A DNA stretch of 64,000 nt from contig CAWFEX010000011.1 of the NCBI GenBank assembly GCA_963814955.1, positions 192,796-256,795 on the forward strand, given 5' to 3'. Below the pieces are notes generated by a model. It was not told where the DNA came from and did not search any database. It was given only the letters and a program-made list of their open reading frames with translations. Positions 11,247-22,172 of the stretch are shown in pieces. Within the stretch, counting starts at the first letter, position 1. Each line of letters starts with the position of its first letter. Origin of the DNA: an uncultured Acidobacteriota bacterium. GTDB lineage: Bacteria > Acidobacteriota > Vicinamibacteria > Vicinamibacterales > UBA2999. Position numbers and translations under genes: made by a program.

Positions 11247-12343
11247 ACGGTACTCACCAACACCTCGAGCACCTGCTCCGCGCATGCCTGCCAGGAATAC
11301 CGAGGCATCAGGCGGACAGATGCACCGAGGATGCGGGCTCGCTCGACTTCGTCGAAGAGCGCTCGCTCGATGGCGGCCTGGATGAGCGCGGGATCGGGTC
11401 TCGACACGTAGAGGGCCGCATCCTCGTACACTTCGCGAGCAACGGGCGTATCGAGCACGACGATCGGAACCCCGGCGGCGAGCGCTTCGAGAGGCGTCAG
11501 GCCGAACCCTTCGTACTCGGAAAGAAAGACGAATGCGCGGGCCCGCCGGTAAAGGTCGCGCAGGACTTCCTCGCCCACGTAGGAACGAAGGTTGATGCGA
11601 TCGGCGGCGCCACTCGCCGCAACGAGATGGTCGACATCCACACGCGGAACCGTGCGGTTGTCACCGACGATCTCCAGGCGTACGTCGTTTCGATGTCGCG
11701 CCAGTCGTCCGAAAGCATCGATGAGGGCGGGAATGTGGCGGCGCGTAAAGAGTGAGCCAACGAACAAGACCACATTCTCCTGCGGTGCGGCCTTCTCGCG
11801 CTCGAGCGGTGGCGACGGGACCAGCGAAGTGGTGCCGGGGTAAATGACGTCCACGCGAGCCCCGTCGATGCCGAGCAGCCGCACGATCTCGCGTTTTGAG
11901 AACTGGGAAATCGTCAAGACACGCGCTGCCCGCCTGGCAGCCATCTTTGCGACAGCGCGACGCCGCAATCCCTCGCGCCACCCGAACCATTCCGGGTGCG
12001 CGGCGAATGACACGTCGTGGATTGCAACCACCGTTGGTACCGAAGAGAACACCGGCGCCGTGTACCCCGGGCAGAAAAGAACATCCGCCTTGGTTTGACG
12101 AACGAGCGAGGGCAGTGTGAGCTGTTCCCACATGGTGCCTGCATTACCGGTCCAGCCTCGACGGGCAACGAAGCGGGCGCGCGGTTGCGCCGAAGATTCG
12201 TCCGCGGATTCGGGTGCGCAAAGAACGAACTCGTGTGACCGGGCGGAAGGAAGCTTCTCCCAGACAGCCAGCAGGCTGGCCAGATATCGGCCTACGCCTG
12301 TCGGTTGCTCCCGAAGCTCTCGTGCATCAATGGCCACCCTCAT
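11213..12343 (-). CDS. Glycosyltransferase family 4
   Basis: [16 protein letters not shown] start at 12343 (ATGA overlap with the upstream gene) and EGFGLTPLEALAAGVPIV. Confidence 0.75.
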   Translation of the reverse strand: MRVAIDARELREQPTGVGRYLASLLAVWEKLPSARSHEFVLCAPESADESSAQPRARFVARRGWTGNAGTMWEQLTLPSLVRQTKADVLFCPGYTAPVFSSVPTVVAIHDVSFAAHPEWFGWREGLRRRAVAKMAARRAARVLTISQFSKREIVRLLGIDGARVDVIYPGTTSLVPSPPLEREKAAPQENVVLFVGSLFTRRHIPALIDAFGRLARHRNDVRLEIVGDNRTVPRVDVDHLVAASGAADRINLRSYVGEEVLRDLYRRARAFVFLSEYEGFGLTPLEALAAGVPIVVLDTPVAREVYEDAALYVSRPDPALIQAAIERALFDEVERARILGASVRLMPRYSWQACAEQVLEVLVSTVSQESKVKSQR

Positions 12344-13464
12344 TCTTGATTCTTTGATTGCCGTCGAGCGACGGCGTCGGCATAAGCGTGGCGCAGGGTT
12401 GCGGCCGCTGCACTCCACGTGAACGTCCGTGCGCGCTTGATCCCGGCGGCGCCCGCTTCCGCAGCCGCCCGGTCGTCCGACGCGAGTCGTTCGAGCGCGT
12501 GAGACAGCGACGCGATGTCGGTGGGATCTATCAGCACACCGGCGTCCCCGACGACTTCAGGAAGCGATCCGCGGTTCGATGCGACCACAGGAACTCCGGC
12601 CGACATCGCCTCGAGAGCCGGCAGGCCGAAACCCTCATCGAGTGACGGCATTACGAGCGCCCGAGCACCGGCGTAGAGGGACTCCCGTTCTTCGTCTCTG
12701 ACGTAGCCGACATACTGGACGTGGCCCGCCAGCGGAGGAGCTTCCATTCGCGCCAGCCACTCGGTTGCCTTCGACGTGGTGCGCCCTGCAACAACGAGTC
12801 TGGGAGCTCCCGGCATCCGGTCACGAAGCCTCTGGTACGCATCGAGGAGGGCGCCAAGGTTCTTGCGCGGCTCGAGGGTGCCCAGGAACAGCAGATACCC
12901 GGCAGAGGGCACATTGGGCGCTTGCCCGAGGGTTTTCCACACCGGGGCGCCGGCCGGACAGACGTAAATCCGATCCTCCTCAACGCCCAGGCTTTCGCTG
13001 ATTAACCGTTTACCGTAATGGGTAGAGGTGATCACCGCGTGCGCTCGCAGCGCGTGCGTGCGAGCCAATGCCGGGTAGTCCCGGCGGACTTCGGCACGGG
13101 TGTCCGCCGCGTTCGTCAGGAAAAACAAGTCGTGGATGGTCACCACTTGCGCCGCCCGCCGTGCAGGAATGAGAAGCGGGTGCGGCGAATGGACGACGTC
13201 CACGGGCCCCGCAACCGCTTCAACTGACGGCCATCCAACGCGATTCCATAGCAGGTTCAGCACCCGCACCGGGATGCGCCGGTCGATTATCCGGGCGGCC
13301 AGTTCAGACGATACCTGCAAAGAAGGCCGGTCTTTCCACGAGCTCGTAAAAACGGCGACCTCACCCGGATAGGCTGCGCCATATGCGCGGATGAGCTGAT
13401 GAATGTATTCGCCGACGCCGGTGCGCTCTCGAAGGGCGGGCCGGTAATCGACGAGAATGCGCAT
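12340..13464 (-). CDS. Glycosyltransferase family 4
   Basis: MRILVDYRPA start and EGFGLPALEAMSAGVPVV motif. 374 aa. Confidence 0.8.
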   Translation of the reverse strand: MRILVDYRPALRERTGVGEYIHQLIRAYGAAYPGEVAVFTSSWKDRPSLQVSSELAARIIDRRIPVRVLNLLWNRVGWPSVEAVAGPVDVVHSPHPLLIPARRAAQVVTIHDLFFLTNAADTRAEVRRDYPALARTHALRAHAVITSTHYGKRLISESLGVEEDRIYVCPAGAPVWKTLGQAPNVPSAGYLLFLGTLEPRKNLGALLDAYQRLRDRMPGAPRLVVAGRTTSKATEWLARMEAPPLAGHVQYVGYVRDEERESLYAGARALVMPSLDEGFGLPALEAMSAGVPVVASNRGSLPEVVGDAGVLIDPTDIASLSHALERLASDDRAAAEAGAAGIKRARTFTWSAAAATLRHAYADAVARRQSKNQE

Positions 13465-13526
13465 CGAACCGTTATCATAGCCTCAGCCATTTTGAGGCGA
13501 ACCGGCGACGAAAGTCGCGGAGGGAC

Positions 13527-14824
13527 ATGAAGATCTCCGTCGTTGGTACTGGATACGTTGGCCTTGTCGCGGGTGCGTGCCTCGCCGAGAGCGGCAATGA
13601 TGTGGTCTGTGTCGACAAAGACGACGACAAGGTCCGCATGCTGCGCCGCGGCAAGATGCCATTTTACGAGCCGGGCCTCGAGGAACTGGTCCGCCGCAAT
13701 CGATCTGAAGGCCGACTCACGTTCACGTCCACATTACCGAAAGCCGTCCGCGCGTCGGCCGTCATATTCATTGCCGTCGGCACTCCGCAGGGCGAGGACG
13801 GGTCCGCCGATGTCAACCAGGTGCTCGAGGTCGCACGCGACATCGCCAAGGCGATGAATGGCTACAAGGTGATCGTCGACAAGAGCACGGTGCCCGTGGA
13901 ACGAGTGATCGCGTCCGCGAAGTGATCCGGCGCGAAACGACTCACCCGTTCAGCGTGGTGAGCAACCCAGAGTTCCTCAAGCAGGGTGCGGCCGTCGAAG
14001 ACTTCATGAAACCCGACCGCGTGGTCATTGGAGCCGAGGATCCGAGAGCGGAAGAAATGATGCGCGAGCTCTACAGCCCGTTCACGCGCACAGGCGCGCC
14101 CATCATGGTGATGGACTGTGCAAGCGCCGAGCTGTCGAAGTACGCTTCCAATGCCATGCTGGCGGCTCGCATTTCGTTCATGAACGAGATTGCAAATGTC
14201 TGCGAGCTCGTCGGCGCCGACATCGACCAGGTCCGCCGCGCCGTTGGGTCCGATCGCCGCATCGGCCCCTCGTTTCTGTTTCCGGGCATCGGCTACGGCG
14301 GCAGCTGCTTTCCAAAAGACGTTCAAGCGTTGATCCACTTCGCCGCGGACAAGGACTACGACTTCAGGATTCTCCAGGCTGTCGAGGCTGTGAACAAGTG
14401 CCAGAAGACCCGCCTCCTGGCCAAGATGCGGACGCACTTCGGCAGCCTGAAGGGAAAGAAAGTCGCGGTGTGGGGTCTGTCGTTCAAACCCCGGACCGAC
14501 GACATGCGCGAAGCTCCCTCCGTGCCGCTCATCGAAGGCCTACTGGCCGCGGGAGCGTCCGTCCAGGCGTACGACCCGGAAGCGGTGCCGGTCGCAAAGC
14601 GCATTTTCGGCAACCGGGTTGCGTTCGCCGCCGGTAACTACGAGGCGCTGAAAGGCGCTGATTGCCTCGCTATCGTTACGGAGTGGAACGAGTTCCGTCG
14701 GCCGGACTTTCCGCGCATGCGAAAGCTCATGCGCGAACCGATTGTCTTCGACGGTCGCAATCTGTACACACTCGATCAGATGAAACAGAACGGATTTACT
14801 TACTACTCCATTGGCCGCGCCTGA
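13527..14824 (+). CDS. ugd: UDP-glucose 6-dehydrogenase, split by a 1-nt deletion
   Basis: N-terminus is MKISVVGTGYVGLV. The two ORFs (13527-13925 and 13922-14824) join as KSTVPVGTSDRVREVIRRET... if one G is added to the GG run at 13898-13899. Catalytic GGSCFPKD is present. Confidence 0.85.
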
Positions 14825-15833
14825 TTCCCGCCCTGACCGCGGCCCGGTTCTTGTGACCGGCGGTGCGGGCTACATCGGCAGTCATTGCGCGAAGGCGCTC
14901 CGCCGAGCCGGTCACCGCGTCGTGATCTTCGACAACCTGTCGGCTGGACACAGGGAAGCCACGCTGGGCGCGCCATTTATCGAAGGTGACATCGGCGATG
15001 TCGACGCGGTGCGGCGCGCGCTGCGTGACAGTGGCGCGACCTCGGTGATGCACTTCGCCGCGCTGCTCCTCATTGCCGATTCGGTCCGCGATCCCTCCCG
15101 TTACTATCAGAACAACGTGGTCGGGACCCTTGCGACCCTCGAGAGCATGGCAACCGAGGGCTGCCGGCAGTTCGTGTTTTCGTCAACCTGCGCCGTGTAC
15201 GGCGACCCCACCGAGATTCCCATTCGCGAAACGCACCCGACAGGGCCGATCAACGCCTATGGGCAAACAAAGCTGGCCATTGAACAAGCGCTGCCGCACT
15301 TCGAGCGGGCGTATGGTATCCGGTCTGTCCGGCTGCGGTACTTCAACGCCGCCGGGGCCGACCCGGACGGGGAGCTTGGCGAGGATCACACGCCTGAGCT
15401 GCACGTGATTCCTCGAGCGTTCGACGCGGCGATGGGCGGACTGCCATTCGAGATCTTCGGCGAAGACTATCCAACGCCGGATGGAACGTGTCTGCGCGAC
15501 TACGTTCACGTCAGCGACCTCGCCGACGCTCACGTGCGCGCTTTGAAGTACCTCGAAGAGGGCGGTGCGTCCGCGACATATAACGTCGGCACCGAGCAGC
15601 CTTCGTCGGTGCGGGAAGTATTGGCCGCGGTCGAACGCGTCTGTGGTAAACCGGTGCCGCGACGGGTTGCTCCACGGCGGCCCGGCGATCCGGCGGTGCT
15701 TTACGCATCGGCGGCCCGGATTCGCAGTGAGTTGGGATGGATTCCACGCCACGTTGCGCTCGACACCATCGTCGGCGACGCGTGGCGCTGGCATTCGACA
15801 CATCCGCACGGTTATCAGGTGAAGACACGATAA
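14811..15833 (+). CDS. galE: UDP-glucose 4-epimerase
   Basis: VLVTGGAGYIGSH, catalytic YGQTK, and RYFNAAGADP. Confidence 0.85.
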   Translation: MAAPDSRPDRGPVLVTGGAGYIGSHCAKALRRAGHRVVIFDNLSAGHREATLGAPFIEGDIGDVDAVRRALRDSGATSVMHFAALLLIADSVRDPSRYYQNNVVGTLATLESMATEGCRQFVFSSTCAVYGDPTEIPIRETHPTGPINAYGQTKLAIEQALPHFERAYGIRSVRLRYFNAAGADPDGELGEDHTPELHVIPRAFDAAMGGLPFEIFGEDYPTPDGTCLRDYVHVSDLADAHVRALKYLEEGGASATYNVGTEQPSSVREVLAAVERVCGKPVPRRVAPRRPGDPAVLYASAARIRSELGWIPRHVALDTIVGDAWRWHSTHPHGYQVKTR

Positions 15834-16543
15834 TGTCCAAAATTCGAGGTGTTCTCGACGATCCGCTGCTGTCCGTCGTGATGCCTGCGTTCAACGAGGC
15901 CGCAACCATCGAGGAGATCGTGCGGCGTGTCATGACCCTGACGCTGCGCACGCAGCTCATTGTCGTCGACGATGCGTCAACTGACGGAACGAGGGACATT
16001 CTCCAGCGTCTCCAGCAGGAGCTCGGCTTCACGCTGCTGTTGCAGCCGCACAACCAGGGGAAAGGGGCCGCGTTGCGGCGGGGCTTCGAGGCGGTGAGTG
16101 GCGACCTGGTTGTCATCCAGGATGCGGATCTGGAGTATTCGCCCGAAGAGTTCCCGATGCTCATCGAGCTGATCTGCCAGGGAAGGGCGGATGTCGTATA
16201 CGGATCCCGGTTCCTGGGCCGCCATCGGGTCTTTCTGTTCTCCCACTATTTCGGAAACCGGGTGCTCACGCTGATAACGAATATCCTGTACAACACGATG
16301 CTCACGGACATGGAGACCTGCTACAAGGTCATGCGAACGGAAGTGCTCCGGTCCATGAAGCTCCAGTCCGACGGTTTTGGCATCGAGCCGGAACTCACCG
16401 CGAAGATTTTCAAGCGCGGGTACCGCGTGTACGAGGTACCAATTACCTACGACGGACGCGGATACGAGGAGGGCAAGAAGATTGGGTGGCGCGACGGTGT
16501 AGTCGCACTATGGGTGCTGCTGCGGTACCGGTTCAGCGAGTAA
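15833..16543 (+). CDS. Glycosyltransferase family 2 (polyprenol-phosphate glycosyltransferase-like)
   Basis: ATG at 15833 overlaps the galE stop (TAATG). Motifs LSVVMPAFNEA, VVDDASTDGT and QDADLEY. Confidence 0.8.
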   Translation: MSKIRGVLDDPLLSVVMPAFNEAATIEEIVRRVMTLTLRTQLIVVDDASTDGTRDILQRLQQELGFTLLLQPHNQGKGAALRRGFEAVSGDLVVIQDADLEYSPEEFPMLIELICQGRADVVYGSRFLGRHRVFLFSHYFGNRVLTLITNILYNTMLTDMETCYKVMRTEVLRSMKLQSDGFGIEPELTAKIFKRGYRVYEVPITYDGRGYEEGKKIGWRDGVVALWVLLRYRFSE

Positions 16544-18283
16544 ATGTCCTGTTCCGGCTGCTGGAGTTCGCGCGTCCGCATCGCGCGCGACTGCTTGCCG
16601 CCGTGGCAGCGATGCTGTTGTACGGAGCGGCGTCTGCCGCGCTTGCGGCCCTCATCCAGCCGATCTTCGATCAGGTACTTCCAAATCGCGAGAATCTCGT
16701 TCCGATCGCCGCCGCCATTCTGATCGTTTATCTCATCAAGGGCGTCGGCGCGTACCTGTCGGGGTACCTGATGACCGACGTCGGTCAACGCGTCGTCTGC
16801 GACCTTCGGAATCTGCTGTTTCGTCACATTCTCGGACAATCGGTCGCCTTTTTTGCGCTGCAGACCACGGGAAAACTGCTCTCGCGCATTACCAGCGATG
16901 TTGCGCTGGTGCAGCGCGCCGTGTCCGAAACGATGGGCGACCTGGCACGAGAGTCGCTCGCTTTGCTGGGCTTTGCAGGTCTCCTTGTCTACTACGACGC
17001 GCGCCTTGCCCTGGTCTGTCTGACCGGGGCGCCGCTGGTCGTTTACCCCCTCGTGCGCCTGGGTCAACGCGTGCGGCGGACGGCGCGGCGGAGCCAGGAG
17101 GCGCTCGAACAGATGTCGCACGTGAGCGCTGAAGCGATCACGGGGCATCGGATCGTCAAGGCGTTCGGCGCCGAAGCGCGAGAGACCACGAAATTCGAGC
17201 GGGCGTCGCAGCACTTCTATCGCACGAGCATGAAGGTCACGAGCTCCCTGTCAGCGTTGCCACCGCTGATGGAGTTCATCGGCGGCATCGCCTTTGTTGG
17301 GGCGCTCGTTTATGGATCGCAGGAAATCGGCGCCGGCAGGCTGTCGCCGGGCGAATTTACCGCGTTCGTCGCGGCCCTGTTCATGATGTATGCGCCCGCG
17401 AAAAAGCTCAGCCGCGTCAACGCGGACCTTCAGCAGGCAATGGCTGCGGGCGAACGCATCTTCGAGATTCTCGACTTCCATAACGAAGTGGAGGAGCGCC
17501 CCGGGGCAGTGACACTGCCGCCATTCAGCCGTCGGATCGAGTTTCGCGATGTGCGCTTCGGATACGGAGGCACCGAGGGTCCCGCAACGCTCGATGGCGT
17601 CAGCCTTGCGGTCGGCGCAGGCCAGATGCTGGCGCTCGTCGGGCGCAGCGGAGCCGGCAAAACGACCTTGGTAAACCTGATTTTGCGCTTCTATGACGTC
17701 ACCGGCGGCGCGATTCTTCTGGATGGTCTCGACGTGCGCGACGTGACGCTCCGGTCGCTGCGGTCGCAAATCGGCCTCGTGACGCAGGAGACGGTACTGT
17801 TTGACGATACGATCGCCGCCAACATCGCGTACGGCAAGCGCCGAGGCAACGCGCGACGAGATCGAGGCGGCGGCACACGCGGCGCATGCGCACGAATTCA
17901 TCACGCGACTCGACAGCGGCTACGAGACGATGATCGGCGAACGCGGACAGCGGCTGTCGGGGGGCCAGCGGCAGCGGATTGCGATTGCGCGGGCGATTCT
18001 GAGGGACTCGCCGATTCTGATCCTCGACGAGGCCACCTCATCACTGGACGCTGAGGCAGAGATGCTCGTTCAGGACGCGTTGTCCAACCTCATGCGTAAT
18101 CGCACGTCGTTCGTAATCGCCCATCGTCTTTCGACGGTGCGCCGGGCCGATGCCATCGTGGTTCTAGAGCGGGGCCGCATCGTCGAGTCGGGAACGCACG
18201 ACGAACTGATGGCGCGCGGTGGGGCGTACGCGAAACTTTACGATCTGCAGTTGCAGGAAGAGCCGGCGGAGATCGAGATTTAG
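16510..18283 (+). CDS. ABC transporter, fused permease/ATPase (MsbA/lipid or polysaccharide exporter-like), frameshifted
   Basis: Six-helix TMD, Walker [10 protein letters not shown], signature LSGGQRQR, and Walker [10 protein letters not shown]. The frame switches after NIAYGK near 17839-17842, so the ATPase C-terminal half is in ORF 17801-18283. Confidence 0.85.
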
Positions 18284-18358
18284 CGGTATGTCGTTCGCGA
18301 AGCTTCAGCGTGTACGTCCATTGGTAGGTACTGAATTCAGGTTGCAACGGTCCAGCAG

Positions 18359-19252
18359 ATGATCAAATCGATGACCGGGTTCGCTTCGCTGACGCATGAG
18401 GATGACCGCGCCACGATCGGGCTCACCATCCGCACGGTCAATCACCGGTTTCTCGACATCCAGTTACGCATTCCCTCCTCCCTTGCCGACCTCGAACCGC
18501 GCGTCCGCGCGCTCTTACAGAAGCGGCTGGCGAGAGGTCGAGTCGAGCTGGCTATCAATGTCCAGCTGCGGAGCGTGGCCATACCCACCATCGAGCTGAA
18601 CGCGGGGTTCGCCGGTGCGTTGTCAGCCGCGCTGGATCAGGCGCGCGAGCGCGGTCTCGTATCCGGATCGTTGACACCGGGCGACCTGCTGCGGCTGCCG
18701 CAGGCAATCACCATTCGCGACCGGCCGGTGGAGGCCGATCCCATGGTGGAGGCCCAGCTCGGTGCAAGCGTCGCGGCCACCGTCGAGCAGGGGCTTGCCG
18801 ATCTCGATGCCATGCGGACCCGCGAAGGCGATCATCTCCGCGCCGACCTCGATGCTCGGCGACACATGCTGGCCGGGCTCGTCTCCCAGCTCGCGGCCGC
18901 GGCCGACGACGGTCGCACTACGCTCGAGGCGCGCCTGAGGGAGCGGGTGCGTGAGATCAGCTTCGAGCTGCCAGTCGATCAGGCGATGATCGCGCAGGAG
19001 ATTGTCCGAGCGGCTGCGCGCTCGGACATCAGCGAGGAAGTGACGCGGTTTCGCGCCCATCTGGCTCATTGGGAGGTATTGCAGGCGGCCGACGAGCCAT
19101 GTGGACGGAAGCTCGATTTTCTCCTCCAGGAGATGAATCGCGAAATCAACACGATCGGCGCCAAGGCAGACGGACTGCGCGTGTCGGACCTGATCATTAC
19201 CGCCAAGGCCGAACTCGAGAAGATGCGCGAGCAGGTTCAAAATGTCGAGTAG
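18359..19252 (+). CDS. yicC: YicC family stress-induced protein
   Basis: MIKSMTGFA start and C-terminal DF..EMNREINTIGAK..D motif typical of YicC. Confidence 0.85.
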   Translation: MIKSMTGFASLTHEDDRATIGLTIRTVNHRFLDIQLRIPSSLADLEPRVRALLQKRLARGRVELAINVQLRSVAIPTIELNAGFAGALSAALDQARERGLVSGSLTPGDLLRLPQAITIRDRPVEADPMVEAQLGASVAATVEQGLADLDAMRTREGDHLRADLDARRHMLAGLVSQLAAAADDGRTTLEARLRERVREISFELPVDQAMIAQEIVRAAARSDISEEVTRFRAHLAHWEVLQAADEPCGRKLDFLLQEMNREINTIGAKADGLRVSDLIITAKAELEKMREQVQNVE

Positions 19253-19940
19253 GCCCCCTGACCACGAGGCTCAGGGCAAGCCCTTCGACGGGGCTCAGGG
19301 CAGGCGCGGACTGCTGTTCATCGTCTCGGCGCCCTCAGGCACGGGAAAGACAACGCTGGTCGAACGGCTGGTCCAGGTGGTGCCGAATCTGACGATGTCG
19401 CGTTCGTATACGTCCAGACCGGCACGCACGGGAGAGCGCAACGGCGTCGACTATAATTTCATCAGCCGGGAACGCTTCGAAGCGATGGTGCGCGAGCGGG
19501 CGTTTCTGGAGTGGGCCGACGTTTTCGGCCACTATTACGGTACTTCAGCCGCCGATACCGAGGCATTGCTCGCTGAAGGGCGCGACGTCGTGCTCGTGAT
19601 CGATGTGCAGGGCGCGCGACAGGTCCGCAGTCGTGGGATTGAAAACGCTGGCATCTTCGTCCTGCCCCCTTCAGCCGACATTCTGGAGCAGCGTCTTCGC
19701 GGACGCAGCAAGGATTCCGAGGATCAAATCCGCCGGCGGCTCGAGGTGGCGTGTCGAGAGGTTGACGAGTACTCGCAATACGAATACGTCGTGATCAACG
19801 ACGAGCTCGACGCCGCCGTCGAGCGGTTGGCGTCAATCGTAATGGCCGCGCGCGCGCAGGTGAAGGTCATTCGGCGCGAGGCCGAAAGGATTATCGGGAC
19901 GTTCAGATATGCAAAGACCACCGAAGGAAAACCGGTTTGA
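19242..19940 (+). CDS. gmk: Guanylate kinase
   Basis: P-loop SAPSGTGKTT and the YTSRP.R.GE..G.DY motif. The N-terminal extension makes the start uncertain. Confidence 0.85.
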   Translation: MSSRPPDHEAQGKPFDGAQGRRGLLFIVSAPSGTGKTTLVERLVQVVPNLTMSRSYTSRPARTGERNGVDYNFISRERFEAMVRERAFLEWADVFGHYYGTSAADTEALLAEGRDVVLVIDVQGARQVRSRGIENAGIFVLPPSADILEQRLRGRSKDSEDQIRRRLEVACREVDEYSQYEYVVINDELDAAVERLASIVMAARAQVKVIRREAERIIGTFRYAKTTEGKPV

Positions 19941-20076
19941 GTTCGTCGTGATTGCCAGCCAGCGGGCGCGGCAGCTGCTCGCTGGAGCCCTGCCGCGCGA
20001 AGACGGCGAGAAGAAAGTCACAATCGCGCAGCGCGAGGTGCTCAAACGCAAGGTCGAGAAGATCGATCAGGAGTGA
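19909..20076 (+). CDS. rpoZ: DNA-directed RNA polymerase subunit omega
   Basis: 55-aa ORF, below the track cutoff, found by manual translation. [17 protein letters not shown] is the RpoZ core, and the gene sits in the conserved gmk-rpoZ position. Confidence 0.75.
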   Translation: MQRPPKENRFEFVVIASQRARQLLAGALPREDGEKKVTIAQREVLKRKVEKIDQE

Positions 20077-20077
20077 G

Positions 20078-21305
20078 ATGCCGCTAATCGCCCTCGGCGT
20101 GACGGGCGGGATTGGCGCTTACAAGGCGGTCGAGGTGTGCCGCGGCCTGCAGAAGCAGGGGCACGATGTCGTGGCGGTGATGACGCGATCGGCCGCGCGG
20201 TTCGTCGGGCCAGTCACGTTCGAGGCGATCACCCGGCGTCCGGTCATCACCTCTCAATGGAAGCCGGGGATGAACGCCGACATCGAGCACATTGCGATTG
20301 CGGACGCAATTGCGCTGCTGCTCGTGGCACCGTGCACGGCGAACATGATCGGCAAGTTCGCCCATGGCATCGCCGACGATTTCCTGAGCTCGCTGTATCT
20401 GGCGACGCGGGCGCCGGTGCTGCTCGCCCCCGCGATGAATACGAACATGCTCGCGCACGACGCCGTACGGCACAACGTCCAGACGCTGGCGTCGCGCGGC
20501 GTGCGATTCGTCGAGCCGGGTGAGGGGTATCTCGCGTGCGGCTGGATTGGAAAAGGCCGCCTCGCCGAGCCGGCCGATATCGTTGCCGCGGCCGTGCGGG
20601 TCCTGTCGCCGGTCGAGTCGCTCCTGCGCGGACGGCACGTCCTTGTGACAGCCGGGCCCACGTACAAAGACATCGATCCCGTCCGGTATGTAGGAAACCG
20701 ATCCAGCGGCCGTATGGGATTTGCGCTGGCATCGGAGGCACGGCGGCGCGGCGCGCGCGTCACGCTGGTGGCCGGGCCGACCCGGATTGAGCCGCCAGCC
20801 GTTGACGAGGTCATTCGTGTCCGCAGCGCGGCCGAGATGCACGCGGCCGTCATGGGAATCTCGCGCCATGCGGACGTCGTTGTCATGGCAGCCGCGGTAG
20901 CCGACTACACGCCGGCCGATCCCGCGGCGGACAAGATTGCCAAGACCGACGCGCCGCTGACGATCACGCTCGAACGGACACCCGACATTCTGGCCGAGCT
21001 CGGGCGGATATCGTCTGATGTGGCGACGCGGCGGCCAATTCTCGTTGGATTTGCCGCGGAAACCCGCGACGTGGTGGCCAGAGCTCGTGACAAGCGACTC
21101 CGGAAAGGGGATCGACCTGATCGTGGCAAACGACGTCTCGCGGCCGGACGCAGGGTTCGACGTCGGCACAAATGCGGTGACCATCATCGGCCCCACCGGC
21201 GAGAAGGAATTGCCCGTCCAGGCGAAGGACGAGATCGCGGCAGCGATCTTCGATCAGGTAGAACGGCTCATTGGCACCCGGGCCACAGCACCCGTTCGTG
21301 CGTAA
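20078..21305 (+). CDS. coaBC: Bifunctional phosphopantothenoylcysteine decarboxylase/phosphopantothenate--cysteine ligase, frameshifted
   Basis: [16 protein letters not shown] start. The true C-terminus [10 protein letters not shown]...RATAPVRA* (ORF 21018-21305) is reached by removing one G from GGGG at 21107-21110. Confidence 0.85.
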
Positions 21306-22032
21306 TGTCGAGCGACCAGCTCCGGGCCCATCTCGAATTCTTCGGCGAGCTCGGCGTCGATGGCGTCCGGCGCGACGCAAACTGGAGCCGACGCGCAACG
21401 CCAGATCCGCGCGTAGCCTCTGAACCCCCCGAAGCCACGGAAGCCGCTCCGCCGCAGATCGTTCAGGTGTTTTCCTCCGCGGCCGATGCTCTCGCCGCAA
21501 TCAGAGAGGATCTCGGCGACTGCACCCGCTGCAAGCTTCACCGCCTGGGCCGCCGCCAGATTGTTTTCGGTGTGGGCAATCCGGATGCGGACCTCATGTT
21601 CGTTGGCGAGGGGCCGGGCGCTGACGAAGACATCCAGGGCGAGCCGTTCGTCGGCAGGGCGGGGCAGCTTCTGACGAAGATTATCGAAGCCATCGACCTG
21701 CGCCGTGATGACGTCTACATCGCCAACGTCATCAAGTGTCGCCCGCCGAACAATCGCAATCCCGAGCCCGACGAAGTCGAGCAGTGCGAGCCGTTTCTGT
21801 TTCGGCAAATCGACGCAATCAAGCCGAAGGTGATTGTGGCGCTTGGCAAGTTCGCCGCTCAATCGCTGCTTCGAACCACGGAGCCGATCACTCGGCTGCG
21901 CGGGCGGGAGTACAGTACCGGGATGCAATCCTCATCCCCACATACCATCCCGCCTACCTGCTGCGCACCCCTTCCGCCAAGCGTGACGTATGGGAGGACA
22001 TGAAGCGCGTACGAGCGATTCTTCGTACGTAG
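21305..22032 (+). CDS. Uracil-DNA glycosylase family 4, frameshifted
   Basis: 4Fe-4S Cys motif [15 protein letters not shown], and HPAYLLR in ORF 21736-22032. One base is missing near 21913 (REY|QYRDAIL). Confidence 0.8.
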
Positions 22033-22078
22033 TGTCCGGCTCAGCTCTTCGTACGTAGTGTCCGGCTTCAGCCGGACC
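22021..22078. repeat. Hairpin REP, about 1.5 copies (inverse orientation relative to 45268-45377)
   Basis: cttcgtacgtagtgtccggctcag followed by ctcttcgtacgtagtgtccggcttcagccggacc. The stem is TCCGGCT/AGCCGGA. The first copy contains the udg stop codon. Confidence 0.75.
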
Positions 22079-22172
22079 AAAGTGATGCGCGAAGATACAA
22101 AATTCAAACTGCACTAGACTTGATGGAGAGTCACTGCCCCTTTCATATCCCGTTTGAATCCTGCATCTGGCA

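Noticed and set aside
19909-19940. 32-nt overlap between the gmk 3' end and the rpoZ start, considered as unusual coupling or another frameshift
   Set aside because: Both reading frames show family-typical sequence up to their own ends, and short overlaps are common in compact operons. There is no evidence for an indel here.
19952-22003. 683-aa ORF that looks like a giant CoaBC-UDG multidomain fusion
   Set aside because: It is an artefact. Its first 42 codons are an out-of-frame reading of rpoZ. An extra G at 21107-21110 pushes coaBC into a frame that happens to be open and continuous with the udg frame. The authentic CoaBC C-terminus and stop (21305) are in ORF 21018-21305.
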